64,000 bases of DNA from a bacterium. Lineage in GTDB: Bacteria > JADJOY01. This document shows, piece after piece, positions 49,101 to 58,367 of this stretch. Location: contig JAXLQJ010000024.1 in NCBI GenBank assembly GCA_046331705.1, positions 1 to 64,000 of the forward strand, read 5' to 3'. The notes under the pieces are model-generated. The model was not told the origin of the DNA and searched no databases. It saw only the letters and a list, made by a program, of their open reading frames with translations. Every line of letters begins with the position of its first letter. Position 1 is the stretch's first letter. The position numbers were made by a program, and so were the translations under genes.

Positions 49101-49517
49101 GGTTCCTTTGGCTTGGGGTCGTCGTTCCAGCTCGACACCGACGGCGACGACGTGCCGGACCTCTGCGACAACTGCCCGTCGATCGCCAACGCCGGACAGG
49201 CCGATTCCGATGGCGATGGAGTCGGCGAGGCGTGTCAGGAGCCGACCGAGCAGCTGGTCTTCTGGGACGGCTTCGAGTCGGGAGCGCTGACCAAGTGGAC
49301 CGGGGGCGCCAGCACCGATCGGTGCGGTTTCCTGTTCACGATCGTCCAGCGCTCGTACGGGCTCGCCTGTGACGATCCCGGGTTCGACCGCCGAGCCGAC
49401 CTGCAAGTGGATGGCCAGATCGACCTCCGGGACATGAGTGTCCTCATGTATCACTACGAGGACGAAGCATGGTGCCAGGACCGGATCGCAAACCCGCCCT
49501 CACCTTGCAGCTCGTGA
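46185..49517 (+). CDS. Multidomain secreted SGNH/GDSL hydrolase: propeller repeats, MopE-like repeats, SGNH domain, TSP3-like and dockerin-like tail
   Basis: Seven 'DGGY.LAG..YLVKTDSSGN..W' repeats; 'DCDDANP..HPGA.E.C...DDDCNG'; 'ALGDSYSSG', 'GGND', 'HPN'; 'DGDDVPDLCDNCP'; 'ADLQVDGQIDLRD'. True start probably GTG 46296. Confidence 0.82.
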   Translation: MRRLPRVAIIFSGFPPPPPHASSIPRRVRAPDDAERHVTILVSRRSKAPRRAGSAVVCAFAAFAALVTTSSLAVADSLVFQRRFDGTADASAYSLQQTSDGGYVLAGSTSSHGVGASNAYLVKTDSSGNLLWERTFGWSDQEEAYSVQQTSEGGYILAGDTKSYGAGGRDLYLVKTNSSGNESWHKLIGGTRDEIAYAVQQTTDGGYVLAGWTSSPGANGFDAYLVKTDSSGNLAWQRMFGLGGSDSAYAVQQTPDGGYVLAGSTLPVGADDFELYLVKTDSSGNLQWQRTFGGAGNDRATSVRRTSDGGYILAGTVDPPDASPVAFELVKTDSSGNLEWQRTFADAANNAAPAARPTSDGGYVLVGGAVAPGAADVDVSLVKLDGSGNVVWQRSLGGTEYDDGYAVQQTADGGFAIAGVTNAYGTGGLYSYAYLVKTDSHGNTGQAPCADLDGDGYCAASDPNAPPSAAKDCDDANPSTHPGATESCSNHLDDDCNGLVDGADPACQVPPCLDDDADGYGDPASPSCPHPEADCNDANANVHAGALEICGNAVDDNCNATIDESCTLSRYVALGDSYSSGEGVPAYFDDSDSPTNQCHRSTRAYSIEIDRSGLPLGFDAAADFVACSGAETFNIPKNGQGQPNGDRFAQLDQAYVGAETGLITVTIGGNDAGFARVLTLCAEHPFCQLDYSPFFPFDDQSVPDLLAETFAALPGRLATTFAAIRQAAPNATVLVVGYPQIFPPNGLCVDANVVLAWDPSEQVYLTQQGDELDRIISNATDAAGPGFHFVPANFLGHDICAVGQRWFNPPLTNFLEPKGWFHPNANGQLALAQAVSSRLDAWRGGPMPPIPHAHGTSAPSSRTAARTSSPPPSFGDLDLEPALATPCAAVGHAYVPGQLVRLVGDGFVPNAQVVLRFGVADGSVPVDLLSPKVDGQGRLDVVTAVPTSAPTAGIGSFQVVGPGADGGARLLLGSFGLGSSFQLDTDGDDVPDLCDNCPSIANAGQADSDGDGVGEACQEPTEQLVFWDGFESGALTKWTGGASTDRCGFLFTIVQRSYGLACDDPGFDRRADLQVDGQIDLRDMSVLMYHYEDEAWCQDRIANPPSPCSS
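46450..47510 (+). repeat. Intragenic tandem repeat, seven units of ~156 bp
   Basis: GTGAAG anchors at 46548, 46704, 46860, 47016, 47172, 47328 and 47490. Confidence 0.9.
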
Positions 49518-49685
49518 TCGACGCGGCGTGACCGCGGGTCTTCGGCGAACGGCGGCAGCAGACGGCGCTGCGCGCGCGGCGCGAGCTCGAATCGGCATTC
49601 GCGCTGAGCGACGACCGCGTGATCGCCGCCGCTCGACGCGCCGCGCTATCCTGGCCGCCTTCGTCCCACGCCGAGAGGAAACGTG

Positions 49686-50846
49686 ATGCGCGCGGTGATG
49701 CTCGAGGCGCAGTGGGATCCCCGCCCCGGCTATCAGCCGTCGCCGCGCGAGCTCGCGCTGCGCAAAGCGGCGAAGGCGTCGGGCGTGTGGCGCCATCCGC
49801 GCTTCGTCGCCGCCGAGGTGCCGGAGCCGCGCCCGGCCCGCGACGAGGTCGTGCTGCGCGTGCGGGCCGCAGGAATCTGTGGCAGCGATACGCATTGCTA
49901 CGAGCACGACGCCGAAGGGTACGTGCTCTTCTCGGGTCCACTGCGGGCGCCGTGCATCGTCGGCCACGAGTTCGCGGCGGAGGTCGTGGAGGTCGGCCCG
50001 GAGGTGCGCAATCTGCGCAGGGGCGAGCTGGTCGCCGCCGAGGGAATGCTCTACTGCCGGGTATGCGAAGCGTGCCGCGGGGGCCGGCCCAATCAGTGCA
50101 GCGACCTGGACATGGTCGGTTTCTCGGCGCCCGGTGCCTTCGCCACCTGGATCACACTCGAGGAACGGCTCCTGTGGAGCCTCGACCCGCTCGCCGAGGC
50201 CCTCGGCGATGCGCGGCGCGCGCTCGCGCTCGGCGCCATGGTGGAGCCGCTGGCGGTGGCGTGGAACGGCGTCTTCGCGACGGCAGGCGGCTTCGCGCCG
50301 GGAGCGCACGTGGCGGTCTTCGGCTGCGGACCGATCGGGCTGGGAGCGGTGGCGCTGGCGCGCGCCGGCGGCGCGGCCACGGTGATGGCGATCGAGCCGA
50401 TCGCCGAGCGCCGCGCGCTGGCGGTGGCGCTCGGCGCCGATCACGCGTGGGACCCGGCGACGACTCCCGTCGGCGAAGCGATCCGCGAGACCACCCGTGG
50501 CTGGGGCGCCGACCTGGTCGTGGAGGCCGCGGGCGCCGCGCTCGACACGCTGCCCGAGATCGAGCCCGCCCTCGCGGCGGGCGGCACGCTCGTCTACCTG
50601 GGACGTACCGGGCTTTCGGCGCCGATGGCGCTCGACGTGCTCGTGACGCAGGCGGCGCGAATCGTGGGGGCGCGCGGCCACGCGGGCGCCGGCTCGTTCC
50701 CGCGGATCTTGCGAATGCTCGAGCGCGGCCGGCTCCCGGTCGAGCCCATGATCACCCGGAGGTTTCCGTTCGCGGACGCGCTCGCCGCGCTCGCCGCGAG
50801 CCGAAGCCGCGTGGACGGCAAGATCCTCCTCGAAAACTTCGGATGA
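49686..50846 (+). CDS. Zn-dependent medium-chain dehydrogenase, scyllo-inosose 3-dehydrogenase (IolM)-like
   Basis: N-terminal 'A.WDPRP.Y...VWR.P' extension as recalled for IolM, 'GICGSD', 'GHE', 'CRVCEAC...NQC', 'GCGPIG'. Confidence 0.8.
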   Translation: MRAVMLEAQWDPRPGYQPSPRELALRKAAKASGVWRHPRFVAAEVPEPRPARDEVVLRVRAAGICGSDTHCYEHDAEGYVLFSGPLRAPCIVGHEFAAEVVEVGPEVRNLRRGELVAAEGMLYCRVCEACRGGRPNQCSDLDMVGFSAPGAFATWITLEERLLWSLDPLAEALGDARRALALGAMVEPLAVAWNGVFATAGGFAPGAHVAVFGCGPIGLGAVALARAGGAATVMAIEPIAERRALAVALGADHAWDPATTPVGEAIRETTRGWGADLVVEAAGAALDTLPEIEPALAAGGTLVYLGRTGLSAPMALDVLVTQAARIVGARGHAGAGSFPRILRMLERGRLPVEPMITRRFPFADALAALAASRSRVDGKILLENFG

Positions 50847-50892
50847 CTCGACCGGCGCGCCATCCCTGCCACGACCCGCGCGCGGGCACGCG

Positions 50893-51957
50893 ATGAGCGC
50901 GCCCGAGGCCGCGCCGTTCTTCTCGGTGATCGTGCCGGTGCTCGATGGCGGTGCGCCGTTCGCGCATTGCCTCGCGGCGCTCGCCGCCTCCTCGTTCCAG
51001 GATCGCGAGCTGATCGTCGTCGACGACGGTTCGCGCGACGGCTCCGCGGAGCTGGCGCGTCGACACGGCGCACGGGTGCTCGCCACCGCCGGACGGTGCG
51101 GTCCCGCCGCCGCGCGGAACCTGGGTGCGCGCGTGGCGCGCGGCACGTATCTCTTCTTCGTGGACGCCGATTGCGAGATCGCGCCAGACGCGTTCGAGCG
51201 CGCCGCGCGGCGCCTCGCGGCCGATCCTTCCCTCGACGGGATCTTCGGCGCCTACGACGACGCGCCGGCGGCCCCCGGCTGGGTCGCGCAGGTCAAGAAC
51301 CTCCACCACCACTTCGTCCATCACGCGAACGCGGGCAGCATCTCCACCTTCTGGGCCGGCTGCGGCGCCGTGCGTCGCACCACCTTCGAGGCGGTGGGGG
51401 GCTTCGACTCCGCGCGCTACCCAGGACCTGCGATCGAGGACATCGAGCTCGGCTACCGGATCCACGACGCCGGCGGCCGCGTGATCCTGGCGCCCGAGAT
51501 CCAGGCGAAGCATTGGAAGGCCTGGACCCTCGCGAGCGTGACGCGGAGCGATCTCTGCGAACGCGGCATTCCCTGGATGCAGCTCGTCTGTAGCCGCCGC
51601 GCCACCCACACCGAGCTCAATCTGGCGTGGCGGGCGCGCGCGTGTGCGGCGGCGGTGGCGCTCGCCGCCGTGGGGCTCGCCGCCGCCCCCGCGCTGCCCT
51701 GGCTCGCCTCGGGCCTGCCGCTGGCGGCGATCGTCGTGGCCATCCTGGAGCGCGACTTTCTCGGCTACGTGGGGGCGCGCAAGGGCGCTCGGCTCGCCGG
51801 CGCCGCGCTGGTCTTCCTGTTGATCCACCATTTCGTGGCGAGCCTCGCCGCGCTGCTCGGCGGAGCGCTCTACCTCGCGCGCGAGCGGCGTGCCACGCGC
51901 GCCGTCGCCACCCGGTCCGTGCCGGCAACGTCCGAGATGCCGCGGGCGTCGTCATGA
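50893..51957 (+). CDS. GT2 glycosyltransferase with C-terminal transmembrane helices
   Basis: 'SVIVP', 'VVDDGSRD', 'ARNLG', 'FFVDAD', 'GGFD', 'IEDIELG'. Confidence 0.9.
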   Translation: MSAPEAAPFFSVIVPVLDGGAPFAHCLAALAASSFQDRELIVVDDGSRDGSAELARRHGARVLATAGRCGPAAARNLGARVARGTYLFFVDADCEIAPDAFERAARRLAADPSLDGIFGAYDDAPAAPGWVAQVKNLHHHFVHHANAGSISTFWAGCGAVRRTTFEAVGGFDSARYPGPAIEDIELGYRIHDAGGRVILAPEIQAKHWKAWTLASVTRSDLCERGIPWMQLVCSRRATHTELNLAWRARACAAAVALAAVGLAAAPALPWLASGLPLAAIVVAILERDFLGYVGARKGARLAGAALVFLLIHHFVASLAALLGGALYLARERRATRAVATRSVPATSEMPRASS

Positions 51958-53420
51958 GCACGACCGTCGTCATCGGCGCCGGCCCCGCCGGCCTCACCGC
52001 GGCCTACGAGCTGGGACGGCTCGGGCTCGATGCGATCGTGCTGGAGCGCGACCACACCGTCGGTGGCCTCTCGCGCACCGTCGAGCACCGCGGCTACCGC
52101 TTCGACATCGGCGGCCACCGCTTCTACACGAAGGTGCCGCTCGTCCAGGAGCTCTGGGAAGAGCTGCTCGGCCCCGACCTCGTGACGCGCGAGCGACTGT
52201 CGCGCATCTACTACCGCGGCCGCTATTTCGACTACCCGCTCAAGCCGATCAACGCGCTGAGCGGGCTCGGTCCGATGGAGGCGCTGCGAATCGTCCTGAG
52301 CTACACGAAGACGCAGCTCTTCCCGCTCCCCGACGAGCGCACCTTCGAGGACTGGGTGGTGAATCGCTTCGGGCGACGGCTCTTCGAGATCTTCTTCAAG
52401 TCGTACACGGAGAAGGTGTGGGGCGTGCCGTGCACGCAGATCGCCGCCGATTGGGCGGCGCAGCGCATCCAAGACCTGAGCCTCGCCACGGCGCTGCGCG
52501 GGGCGCTCCTCGGCGGCGCCAGCCGCAGCGGGGCATCGGCCACCACGCTGATCGAACGCTTCCATTACCCGCGGCTCGGCCCCGGCATGCTGTGGGAGCG
52601 CTGCCGCGAGCGGGTCGCCGCGCACGGGATCTCGACGATCCTCGGCGCGCGCGTCACGCGCATCCACCACGATGGACGACGGGTGCTCGCGGTTCACCAC
52701 CACGACTCCGACGGCTTCGCGCACGTCACCGCCGGCACGCATTTCGTCTCGAGCATGCCGCTGCGCACCCTGGTTCGCAGGCTCGAGCCCGCTCCCCCGG
52801 CGGAGGTGCGAGCGGCGGCCGAGCGCCTGGGCTATCGCGATTTCCTCACCGTGGTGCTGGTGGTCGCGCGCGAGCAGGTGTTCCCCGACCAATGGATCTA
52901 CATCCACGAGCCCGAGGTGCGTGTGGGCCGCGTGCAGAACTTCAAGAACTGGAGCCCATGGATGGTGCCGGACGCGAGCCGCTCCTCGCTCGGCCTCGAG
53001 TACTTCGTGCAGCAAGGGGATTCGCTGTGGTCCGCGTCCGACGACGAGCTGATCGCGCTCGCGGTGCGCGAGTCGGCGACGCTCGGGCTGGTCGATCCCC
53101 GCGAGGTCGTGGATGCGGTGGTGGTGCGCGTCGAGAAGGCTTATCCGATCTACGATCCGCAGTACCGCAGCGCGGTCGAGCTGGTTCGCGCCTATCTCGC
53201 CACGCTCGGGAACCTGCAGACGATCGGGCGCAACGGCCTGCACCGCTACAACAACCAGGACCACTCGATGCTCACCGGCGTGCTCGCCGCGCGCAACGTC
53301 GCCGGCGAGCGGCACGACGTGTGGTCCGTGAACGTCGAGCCCGTCCACCTCGAGGAAGCCTCCGGCAGCGCGATGCGCGATCTCGGCACCGGTCGCGCCG
53401 CGCCGCGGATCCTCGCGTAA
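51954..53420 (+). CDS. FAD-dependent oxidoreductase (protoporphyrinogen-oxidase / UDP-galactopyranose-mutase-like)
   Basis: 'IGAGPAG', 'VGGLSRT', 'DIGGHRF', 'YTEKVWG', 'GRNGLHRYNNQDHSM'. Confidence 0.85.
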   Translation: MSTTVVIGAGPAGLTAAYELGRLGLDAIVLERDHTVGGLSRTVEHRGYRFDIGGHRFYTKVPLVQELWEELLGPDLVTRERLSRIYYRGRYFDYPLKPINALSGLGPMEALRIVLSYTKTQLFPLPDERTFEDWVVNRFGRRLFEIFFKSYTEKVWGVPCTQIAADWAAQRIQDLSLATALRGALLGGASRSGASATTLIERFHYPRLGPGMLWERCRERVAAHGISTILGARVTRIHHDGRRVLAVHHHDSDGFAHVTAGTHFVSSMPLRTLVRRLEPAPPAEVRAAAERLGYRDFLTVVLVVAREQVFPDQWIYIHEPEVRVGRVQNFKNWSPWMVPDASRSSLGLEYFVQQGDSLWSASDDELIALAVRESATLGLVDPREVVDAVVVRVEKAYPIYDPQYRSAVELVRAYLATLGNLQTIGRNGLHRYNNQDHSMLTGVLAARNVAGERHDVWSVNVEPVHLEEASGSAMRDLGTGRAAPRILA

Positions 53421-53433
53421 CTCGCATCGAGCG

Positions 53434-54855
53434 ATGGGCTTGGCGCGCCGCTCGATCTGGCCACCGCGCCCCGATCGCACCTTCCTGGCGCTCGGGCTCG
53501 TCGCGGGACTCACCCTCGTCTTCCTGAACCCGCCGCTTCAGGGGCCCGACGAGGGCGCCCACTTGCGACGTGCGTACCAGCTCTCGCTCGGCAGAGTGCT
53601 GGCGCGAAACGAAGGCGGCTACGCGGGCGAGATCCTGCCGACGAGCCTGCACGGCACGGCCATGCGCGCGCTGGGCCGGCTCTGTCTTCACCCGGAACGT
53701 CGCCTCACCTGGGAGGCGTATCGCGAAGTGCTCGCGCTGCCGCTCGATCCGGGGCGGACCACGTTCGCCGAGTTCCGGAACACCGCCGTCTACTCGCCGC
53801 TTCCGTATCTGCCGCAGTCGGCGCTGCTGGCGCTGGCGCGCCTCGCCGAGACGCGGCCGCTCTTCTTGCTCTACCTCGGGCGCCTCGCCGGGCTCGCGAG
53901 CTGGCTGGGGCTGATCTTCGCGGCCATCCGGGTCGCGCCCTTCGGTCGCTGGCTGCTGGTGGCCGTGGCGCTCTCGCCGGTTGCCATGGTCGAGGGAGCG
54001 GTGCTCAACGCCGACTCGATCACGATCGGGCTCGGCTTCCTGACCCTCGCGCTCGGACTCGCGTTGGCGGCGCGCGCCGACACGCAGCCGTACGCGCGAC
54101 GGGATCTCGCCGCGTTCGCCGCCGCGGCGGCCGCGCTCGCGCTCTGCAAGTTCGTGTACGCGACGCTGGCGCTGCTCGTGCTCGCGATGCCGCGACCGCG
54201 CACGGTGCCGTTGCGCCGGCACCTCGCCGTGCTGGCCGCCGTGCTGGCGCTGGTGGCCATCGCCTGGAGCAGCTGGTCCACCGTGGCCACCCGACTCTGG
54301 CTCGAGACGCGTCTCGCGCAGGACGCGAGCCTCGGCAACGACAGCGATCCCGATCCACTGGCCAATGGCCCGCGCCAGACGCACCTCCGCGAGATGCTCC
54401 TCGATCCCGCGCCGCACCTGGCGCTCATCGGGCGAACCCTCGTCCACGAGGAGCCGTGGATGCGCGCGATCGCCTCGATCGACTGGGGCGTCGCGTTGCC
54501 CCGAGCGCCGTCGCTCGTGCTGTTGCTGCTGCTGGTGGGGATCGGCGTGCTGAGCGGCGCACGCGAGCCCGCGCTCACGCTCGCGACGCGCGGTCTACTG
54601 GTCGCCGCAGCCGCCGCCGCGATGCTCGGTCCCTACCTCATCCACTGCGCGCTCGGCGCCAATCTCGACGCCCCCTACATCCGCGGCGTCCACGGCCGCT
54701 ACTGGGTTCCCGTCGTTCCTGCCCTGCTGCTGGCGATCTCGTCCGGCCGCTTCTCCGGCGCCGCGCGATTCCTCCCGCAGCTCGCCATCGGCGCGTCGTT
54801 GCTCTCGTTCGGCCTCACGTGCTGGGCGCTGCTCCACCGCTACTACCTGCCGTGA
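53434..54855 (+). CDS. DUF2142 polytopic membrane protein (GT-C-like)
   Basis: 'PP.Q.PDE.AH..RAY', 'Y.PL.YLPQ', many transmembrane segments, 'GVHGRYW'. Confidence 0.8.
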   Translation: MGLARRSIWPPRPDRTFLALGLVAGLTLVFLNPPLQGPDEGAHLRRAYQLSLGRVLARNEGGYAGEILPTSLHGTAMRALGRLCLHPERRLTWEAYREVLALPLDPGRTTFAEFRNTAVYSPLPYLPQSALLALARLAETRPLFLLYLGRLAGLASWLGLIFAAIRVAPFGRWLLVAVALSPVAMVEGAVLNADSITIGLGFLTLALGLALAARADTQPYARRDLAAFAAAAAALALCKFVYATLALLVLAMPRPRTVPLRRHLAVLAAVLALVAIAWSSWSTVATRLWLETRLAQDASLGNDSDPDPLANGPRQTHLREMLLDPAPHLALIGRTLVHEEPWMRAIASIDWGVALPRAPSLVLLLLLVGIGVLSGAREPALTLATRGLLVAAAAAAMLGPYLIHCALGANLDAPYIRGVHGRYWVPVVPALLLAISSGRFSGAARFLPQLAIGASLLSFGLTCWALLHRYYLP

Positions 54856-55717
54856 AGCGGCGGCGGGCGTAGGTGCCGGAGGGGAGGCTGCGGCCGGTCG
54901 AGTCGGTGACCGTCATCTCGCCTTGCTCGCGCACCGCGCCCGGACGGTCGCAGAGCGCTTCGTCGAGCAGGTTCTGGAGCGCAATCGGTCCGAAGCCGGG
55001 CGTGTGGGCCGAGAGCAGGACGGCGATCGGCTCGGCCGAGAGCAGCCGCGCGACCTGCCCGAGAAGTTCGGGAAGCTGTTCCTCGATCTTCCAGGTCTCC
55101 TTCTTGCTGCCTCGCCCGTAGGTGGGCGGGTCCAGGATCACGACGTCGTAGACGCGAGCGCGCCGAACCTCGCGGGCGGCGAACGCCAGCGCGTCGTCGA
55201 CGATCCACTGCACCGAATCGGGCGCCAGCCGATTCGCCTCGGCGTTCTTGTGGGCCCAGTCGACCACTCCGCGTGCGGCGTCCACGTGGGTGACGACGGC
55301 ACCGGCGCGGGCGCAGGCGATCGTGGCGCCGCCGGTGTACGCGAAGAGATTGAGCACCCGTGGACGGCGCGCGGTCTCGTTCGACCTCGCGTCCCGAAGC
55401 GCACGGGCGAGCCAGTCCCATTGCCCCGCTTGCTCCGCGAAGAGCCCGAGATGCCCGAAGGGCGTCGCCTTGGCGATGAGCGTGAGGCCGCCGTGCTCGA
55501 TCAGCCATTGCTCGGGGGCCGAGCGCCGGCGCTCCCAGTGCCCGCCGCCGCGTTCGCTGCGGTGGTGCACCAGATGCGCCTCGGCCCAGCGCTCACGCGG
55601 GAGGCGCGGCTTCCACCACGCGGTCGCCGCCTGACGCTCGACGAGATAAGCGCCCACCTGCTCGAGCTTCCGGCCATGGCCGCTGTCGAGCAGCCGGTAG
55701 GGCGATTCGACCGTCAC
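54815..55717 (-). CDS. RlmI/RlmK-like class I SAM methyltransferase
   Basis: 'YRLLDSG.GRKLE', 'H.GLF.EQ', 'VLNLFAYTG', 'ILDPPTYGRG'. Confidence 0.85.
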   Translation of the reverse strand: MTVESPYRLLDSGHGRKLEQVGAYLVERQAATAWWKPRLPRERWAEAHLVHHRSERGGGHWERRRSAPEQWLIEHGGLTLIAKATPFGHLGLFAEQAGQWDWLARALRDARSNETARRPRVLNLFAYTGGATIACARAGAVVTHVDAARGVVDWAHKNAEANRLAPDSVQWIVDDALAFAAREVRRARVYDVVILDPPTYGRGSKKETWKIEEQLPELLGQVARLLSAEPIAVLLSAHTPGFGPIALQNLLDEALCDRPGAVREQGEMTVTDSTGRSLPSGTYARRRFTAGSSGGAAPST

Positions 55718-55721
55718 GCGC

Positions 55722-56897
55722 TCAGCTCCGTTTTCGGTGCTTTCCCGGCTTCCCGGGCTGCGGGGACGTACGCGGCTCGTCCTCGCGGCGGTACTTCGCG
55801 AGGAACTCGCGCTTCATCGTCCCGAACCGACCGGCCTCGATCGCAGCGCGGATGCGCTCCATCAGCCGCTGATAGAAATGCAGGTTGTGGATGCTCGCGA
55901 GTGTCGCGAAGACGGGCTCGCCGGCGTAGAGGAAGTGGCGCAACGCCAGACGCGAGAAGCTCTTGCAGGTGTAGCAATCGCACGACGTATCGATGGGATA
56001 GCGATCCTTTCGATACTTCTTGTCGCCGATCCGGAGCTTTCCCTCGGCCGTGAAGAGGGTTCCGTTCCGGGCGTAGCGCGTGGGAATGACGCAATCGAAC
56101 ATGTCGATGCCGCGCTCGACCGCCTCCAGGATGTCCTCCGGCAAGCCCACGCCCATGAGGTAGCGCGGCAGATTCTCCGGCAGCAGCGGCGCCGTGGCGG
56201 CGACCACCGAGCACATGAGACCGAGCCCTTCGCCCACGCTCACGCCGCCGATGGCGAAGCCGTCGAACGGCAGCGATGTGATCTGCTCGGCGGCGCGGGC
56301 ACGCAGCTTCTCAAAGGTTCCGCCTTGCACGATCCCGAACAGGAACTGGTGCGGCGCCAGCTCGACGGAGAGACAGCGCTGCGCCCACCGAAAGGTGCGT
56401 TCCACCGAGCGCTCCACGTAGCGATACTCCGCCGGGTAGCCGACGCATTCGTCGAACGCCATGACGATGTCTGCGCCGAGCTGGCGCTGGATCGCCATGG
56501 AGCTCTCGGGCGTCATGCGCGTGGGCGCCGCGTCGTCGCCGTAACGGAACGTGGCGCCGCTCTCGTCGATCTCCGTGCCCGGGAGGCTGAACACCTGAAA
56601 GCCGCCCGAGTCGGTGAGGATGGTGCGGTTCCAGCCGGTGAACGCGTGCAGCCCGCCCACCCGCGCCACGCGCTCGGCGCGCTCCTCGAGCGACATGTGG
56701 AAGGCGTTCGCGAGCATCACCTGAGCGCCGGTCTCCATCACCTGCGCCGGCGTGAGCGCCTTCACCGAGCCCAGCGTGCCGACGGGCATGAAGGCGGGCC
56801 CGTCGACCACGCCATGGGTGGTGCGAAAGCGCGTGCGACGCGCGCCCGACGAGGGGTCGGTGGCCAAGAGCTCGAAGCGGATGTCCTTGCGGGGCAT
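55722..56897 (-). CDS. tgt: tRNA-guanine(34) transglycosylase
   Basis: 'FMPVGT', 'TDSGGFQ', 'FDEC', 'GIVQGG', 'GGVSVG', 'YLMGVG', 'DMFDCV.PTR', zinc ligands 'CDCYTC...HN'. Confidence 0.96.
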   Translation of the reverse strand: MPRKDIRFELLATDPSSGARRTRFRTTHGVVDGPAFMPVGTLGSVKALTPAQVMETGAQVMLANAFHMSLEERAERVARVGGLHAFTGWNRTILTDSGGFQVFSLPGTEIDESGATFRYGDDAAPTRMTPESSMAIQRQLGADIVMAFDECVGYPAEYRYVERSVERTFRWAQRCLSVELAPHQFLFGIVQGGTFEKLRARAAEQITSLPFDGFAIGGVSVGEGLGLMCSVVAATAPLLPENLPRYLMGVGLPEDILEAVERGIDMFDCVIPTRYARNGTLFTAEGKLRIGDKKYRKDRYPIDTSCDCYTCKSFSRLALRHFLYAGEPVFATLASIHNLHFYQRLMERIRAAIEAGRFGTMKREFLAKYRREDEPRTSPQPGKPGKHRKRS

Positions 56898-56958
56898 GTC
56901 ACAGGCCTCATTCGTGCGCGACCGAGGGCGTCATCATCGGTCAGGGTCCGCGACGCCG

Positions 56959-57651
56959 TCACCTCTCGCTGCCGAGGTGCGAGCGCCACTCGTTCCACCA
57001 CGGCTGGTCCGGTGGCTCGCAGCGCAGCGACACCACACGCTGGCCAACGGGATGGGGGAAGACGAGCTCGCTCGCGTGCAGCGCGATGCTCGCATCCGCG
57101 AGCGCTCGACTGGCACCGTACTTGAGATCACCGAGCAGCGGCGTGCCCAACGACTGACAGAGCACCCGGAGCTGGTGCGGGCGGCCGGTGAGCGGCACCA
57201 GCCTGAGCAAGCTCACTCCGCGAGCCTCGGCGAGCACCTCGTAGCGCGACGAGGCGCGGCGCGCGTCCGGGTTGGCCGCGTCGACCAGACGAACGACGTT
57301 CCGGCGTTCGTCCTTGAGCAGCCATTGCTCGACCTCGCCGCTCGGCTCGGCGGGACGTCCGGCGACGAGCCCGAGGTAGCGCTTCTCGACCGCGCGCGTG
57401 CGCCACGCCTCGCTGAGGCGCGACGCCGCCTTGCTGGTGCGCGCGAAGAGCACCAGGCCCGAGACCGGGCGATCGAGGCGGTGCACGACGCCGACGAACA
57501 CGTTTCCTTGCTTGCCCGCGGAGGTGCGGATCCAATCGCGCACCTCGTCGAGCAGCGAACGATCGCCGGTCTCGTCGGGCACGGTCGCCATCCCCGCCGG
57601 CTTCGCCGCCGCCACGAGGTGGTTGTCGCTGAAGAGGATCTCCACGGCCAT
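56959..57651 (-). CDS. RluA-family pseudouridine synthase
   Basis: 'KPAG', 'VHRLDRPVSG', 'TGRPHQLR', 'GDLKYG', 'LHA'. Confidence 0.93.
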   Translation of the reverse strand: MAVEILFSDNHLVAAAKPAGMATVPDETGDRSLLDEVRDWIRTSAGKQGNVFVGVVHRLDRPVSGLVLFARTSKAASRLSEAWRTRAVEKRYLGLVAGRPAEPSGEVEQWLLKDERRNVVRLVDAANPDARRASSRYEVLAEARGVSLLRLVPLTGRPHQLRVLCQSLGTPLLGDLKYGASRALADASIALHASELVFPHPVGQRVVSLRCEPPDQPWWNEWRSHLGSER

Positions 57652-57709
57652 GGCGGGACGGGCGGAACGGGCGGGCACGCGCGGCGCCGGCGCGCGCGGG
57701 GCGCGGCGT

Positions 57710-58321
57710 TCAGGGATCGAGGGCGGCGAAGCGCTGGAATGCCGGGCGCTCCTTGCAGCGCTCGAGCCAGCGACGGATCGCGGGATGGTCGGCGAGGTCG
57801 TACTGGACGGCACCCGTGAGGTTCGCCACCGACGCGACGTGCAGATCGCCGAGCGTGAACCGATCGCCCACCATGAAGTCGCGCGAGGAAAGGTGCCGCT
57901 CGAGAATCGCGAGCAAGGGCGGCAGCGCGGCCCTCGACTTCTCGATGAGGTCGTGATCGCGCTTGGCTTCCGGCACGAACACCAGCTGGATGAACATCTC
58001 GATCAGCGGCCGTTGCAGGTCGAGGATCGCCCAGTAGCTCCACTGGGAGACGAGGCCTCGCGCCTCGGCGGTGTCGCCGCGCAGCGGACTGGCGTGCTTG
58101 TCGACCAGGTAACCGTTGATGGCCATCGATTCCCAGATCACGAACTCGCCGTCGACGAGGCACGGCACCTTCCCGCTGGGATTGAGCGCGAGATAGGCCT
58201 CGCTCTTGTGCTGCTTGGCGCGCATGTCGAGGGGCTGCCGCTGGTAGGGAAGCGCCAGCTCCTCGAGGAGCCAGTAGCAGCGCCCCGCGCTGGATCGTGG
58301 AGAACCGTAGATCCGAATCAT
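57710..58321 (-). CDS. Glutathione S-transferase
   Basis: 'LNPSGKVP.L.DG...IWES.AI', 'GDRFTLGD', 'RPAF'. ATG at 58321 after a GAGG RBS. Confidence 0.92.
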   Translation of the reverse strand: MIRIYGSPRSSAGRCYWLLEELALPYQRQPLDMRAKQHKSEAYLALNPSGKVPCLVDGEFVIWESMAINGYLVDKHASPLRGDTAEARGLVSQWSYWAILDLQRPLIEMFIQLVFVPEAKRDHDLIEKSRAALPPLLAILERHLSSRDFMVGDRFTLGDLHVASVANLTGAVQYDLADHPAIRRWLERCKERPAFQRFAALDP

Positions 58322-58367
58322 GACGACCTCGAGAACGAACGAAGGGGTGGGAAGACGGGGCGGCGTC

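Noticed and set aside
55722-56897. Functional link between tgt and the RaSEA-like domain (archaeosine or dpd DNA modification)
   Set aside because: They are ~50 kb apart, tgt has canonical bacterial features (FDEC, GGVSVG) in a housekeeping RNA-modification context, and no dpd or que genes are seen.
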